45,769 nt of DNA, taken from assembly GCA_002367275.1 (NCBI GenBank), contig DFBE01000066.1:1-45769 (forward strand), in the 5' to 3' direction. The translations under genes and the position numbers were made by a program. Under the pieces are notes generated by a model. It made no database searches. It saw only the letters and a list, made by a program, of their open reading frames with translations, and was not told the origin of the DNA. This stretch comes from Dehalococcoidia bacterium UBA3088 (GTDB lineage: Bacteria > Chloroflexota > Dehalococcoidia > UBA2247 > UBA3088). Numbering within the stretch: the first letter of the stretch is position 1; each line of letters opens with the position of its first letter. This document shows, in pieces, positions 44,173 through 45,769 of the stretch.

Positions 44173-45538
44173 TCACCACCTCGCCTTATATCTTCTTTCT
44201 TTGGAACGCCATCTGTCATTGAAGTCATTCTGGATAAGCTCCAGAAGGTTCAACATCCCGCCGTAGCCAAAATACTCCCGGTTCACCAGCCTGAACTGCC
44301 GCATCGGGCTTACAATTTCGAAGATGAGCGGTATTCCCAGCCCCTCAATAGCGTGCCTTTCCACATTACTTCCAAAGACCGCCTCTGGCCTTACTTCCTC
44401 CAGGCCCTCTCTTACCTTGTACACGTCGGCATTATATACTATCTTAGAACTGAGGCCGAGATCCTTTACTTCCCTTTCTAATATCTCCCGGGCATAGTTT
44501 TGAGAGGATCTAAGATAAATAAGCTCAGGGGTCATCTCTAGCTCCTCGAAGAGAAAGCGAACCAGGGGAATTCCGATAGTGGCATCAGAAACAACAGCCG
44601 CCGGCATCCGGTAGAGGAGACGCACCTCCAGCGACTCTCCGGTGATTCCCCATCCTTTGCACCGAAAGAGTATCCGCCACCATTCTTTCCCCCTCAGATA
44701 TGAGCCTTTGAGCCGCCTCCTGGGCATCAAATCTTTTCCCCAGCTCTGAGATCCAGCATCTGGTATTGGTCATCCCGATGGGTAGAGGAACTCCCTGGCA
44801 GACCTGCTCCACGTCAAATTCAGAGGAAAGCCAATCTGCCGCTTTCTTCCCCGCATCATGGGATAGAAGAAGGGAGGTTTCGGCGGAGGATATCTTTTCA
44901 AACTCACTGAGGGATGTCTTATGGGTGAGAGTAGCCACAACCTGAACCCCCAGCTTATGTAAGATTTGCTTCACCCAGGCCAGGTCACCCATCCAGGTAG
45001 GGTTGGCATTGGCGTGGGGGGCGATGAGGCAAACCGATCGGGGAACCTTCTTCTGACCACCCCGAGAAAGCTCTCTTAACATCGTATCCAGGGCGATATC
45101 TATGCCATCATATTGCGAGCCTTTATATCCCGCACATTCGATGGGGATGACCCTGAAGGGAACCTCAGTTTCTACATCCTGGCAAATACCCACAGTATCA
45201 TCCCCCACGATCTCTGGTCCACAGGCGGTGAGGACAAACAGAGCCTGGATGGGAAGTTCCTTTGCCTCCAGGATGGTGCGAGCTAAAAGCTCCTCTCCAC
45301 CGTGGACGATCTCATCCTCGCATAGCTTGGTACACAGCGTCTCGGTCCGAGTCCAATCAGCCTCCTGCTAGGGGAAGGCACCGTCAACAAGGTAGGCACA
45401 ACCCTGAGGAGCATGAGAAAGGACACCGCAATTCTCCACTCCCAGGACGGTCAGGGCCGCACCATGCAGAGCACAGCGAAGGTAAGGGTCAAAACACTTT
45501 TCGCCTTTCAGAACCTCTGATGTTATCTTAATCCCCAT
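44173..45538 (-). pseudogene. Nitrogenase component-1-like (NifD/NifE/NflD-type) gene, interrupted by an in-frame TAG (45368-45370) and a frameshift (within 44585-44730)
   Basis: Three track ORFs (45368..45562, 44585..45208, 44173..44730) join into one ~455-aa protein. HAPQGCAYL, FVLTACGPEIVGDD and IPIECAGYKG resemble the three P-cluster-type Cys motifs of NifD. The first two segments share a frame and are separated only by TAG. Confidence 0.75.
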
Positions 45539-45610
45539 TTTGGCTCCTCCTGCCTTTCTCATCCCGATGGTAAACTCTTTTCACTTTAAAACCCCTTCAT
45601 CTTTACAATT

Positions 45611-45769
45611 TTAAGCCAAATAGGTATCTGGCTCCTCCAGGTTCATCTTAAGCTCATTCAAAAATTCGATCGGCGTATTTGCCATCATCGCTCGGTGGTC
45701 AAAGAGGAGGGCTACGTTCATCATCTTTCTTACTACAACTTGCTCATCTTTGAAGTACTCCCCATTGTC
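45611..45769 (-). CDS. C-terminal end of a 2-oxoacid dehydrogenase E2-type acyltransferase-family protein (partial; continues off window)
   Basis: Minus-strand frame reads ...VVVRKMMNVALLFDHRAMMANTPIEFLNELKMNLEEPDTYLA-stop. The pattern resembles the E2 catalytic-domain terminus (DHR...F...L...LE.P). Only 52 codons are visible. Confidence 0.5.
   Translation of the reverse strand, partial: DNGEYFKDEQVVVRKMMNVALLFDHRAMMANTPIEFLNELKMNLEEPDTYLA

Noticed and set aside
45368-45370. The in-frame TAG in the NifD-like gene as a pyrrolysine codon.
   Set aside because: TAG clearly terminates several well-defined genes in this window (for example 574-576, 9418-9420, 17058-17060). No pyl genes are visible, and the same gene also carries a frameshift. 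A nonsense mutation or base-call error is more parsimonious. It is kept only as a point to verify.
1-45769. Search by eye for CRISPR arrays, rRNA, tRNA, prophage, toxin-antitoxin or restriction/defence gene signatures.
   Set aside because: No regularly spaced direct repeats were seen, nor any rRNA-like or cloverleaf-compatible segments in the intergenic regions, nor any nuclease, helicase or methylase defence motifs. Short or degenerate elements could have been missed without computational scanning.

Overview
Bacterial chromosomal window (prfB with a programmed +1 frameshift, holA, rimI, hslV), apparently from an anaerobe carrying Wood-Ljungdahl-type C1 genes. No rRNA, tRNA or CRISPR array was recognised. 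There are four blocks. (1) nt 1-19490 is entirely plus strand. It is a dense oxidative-stress and reactive-sulfur island: peroxiredoxin, ferritin, a half-ferritin, an exported catalase, rubrerythrin, four rhodanese-domain proteins including unusual fusions, a Crp/Fnr regulator, ferredoxin, a truncated grpE plus a cbpA-like dnaJ, a glutaredoxin-PDZ fusion, 2-oxoacid:ferredoxin oxidoreductase, DJ-1/PfpI and YyaL. (2) nt 19500-21100 is a graveyard of three unrelated IS families (IS1634/IS4-like, IS3 orfA, IS21 istB), all degraded. (3) nt 22545-29641 holds a PAS-GAF histidine kinase and a NarL-type regulator. These are followed by a tightly coupled operon: a GltD/NfnB-like flavoprotein fused to a 2x[4Fe-4S] ferredoxin and an MvhD domain, then metV, then metF, then an output-less REC-REC protein. 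I consider this MetFV electron-input module the best candidate for an undescribed system. (4) nt 30900-45769 is mostly minus-strand housekeeping and accessory genes: rpiB, gldA, fdhD, prfB, a MoxR-VWA pair, a nitroreductase, a Cys-rich Fe-S protein, rimI, holA, a class II aldolase-HIT fusion, a HAD hydrolase and hslV. It ends in a nitrogenase-like NifH/NifD-type pair whose D subunit carries an in-frame TAG and a frameshift. Several genes are disrupted (korA, the nifD-like gene, the grpE C-terminus, an mnmA remnant). At least two of the breaks have a homopolymer run within the permitted interval, so assembly error and genuine decay cannot be separated from sequence alone. All family assignments come from motif recognition by eye; no database search was possible.
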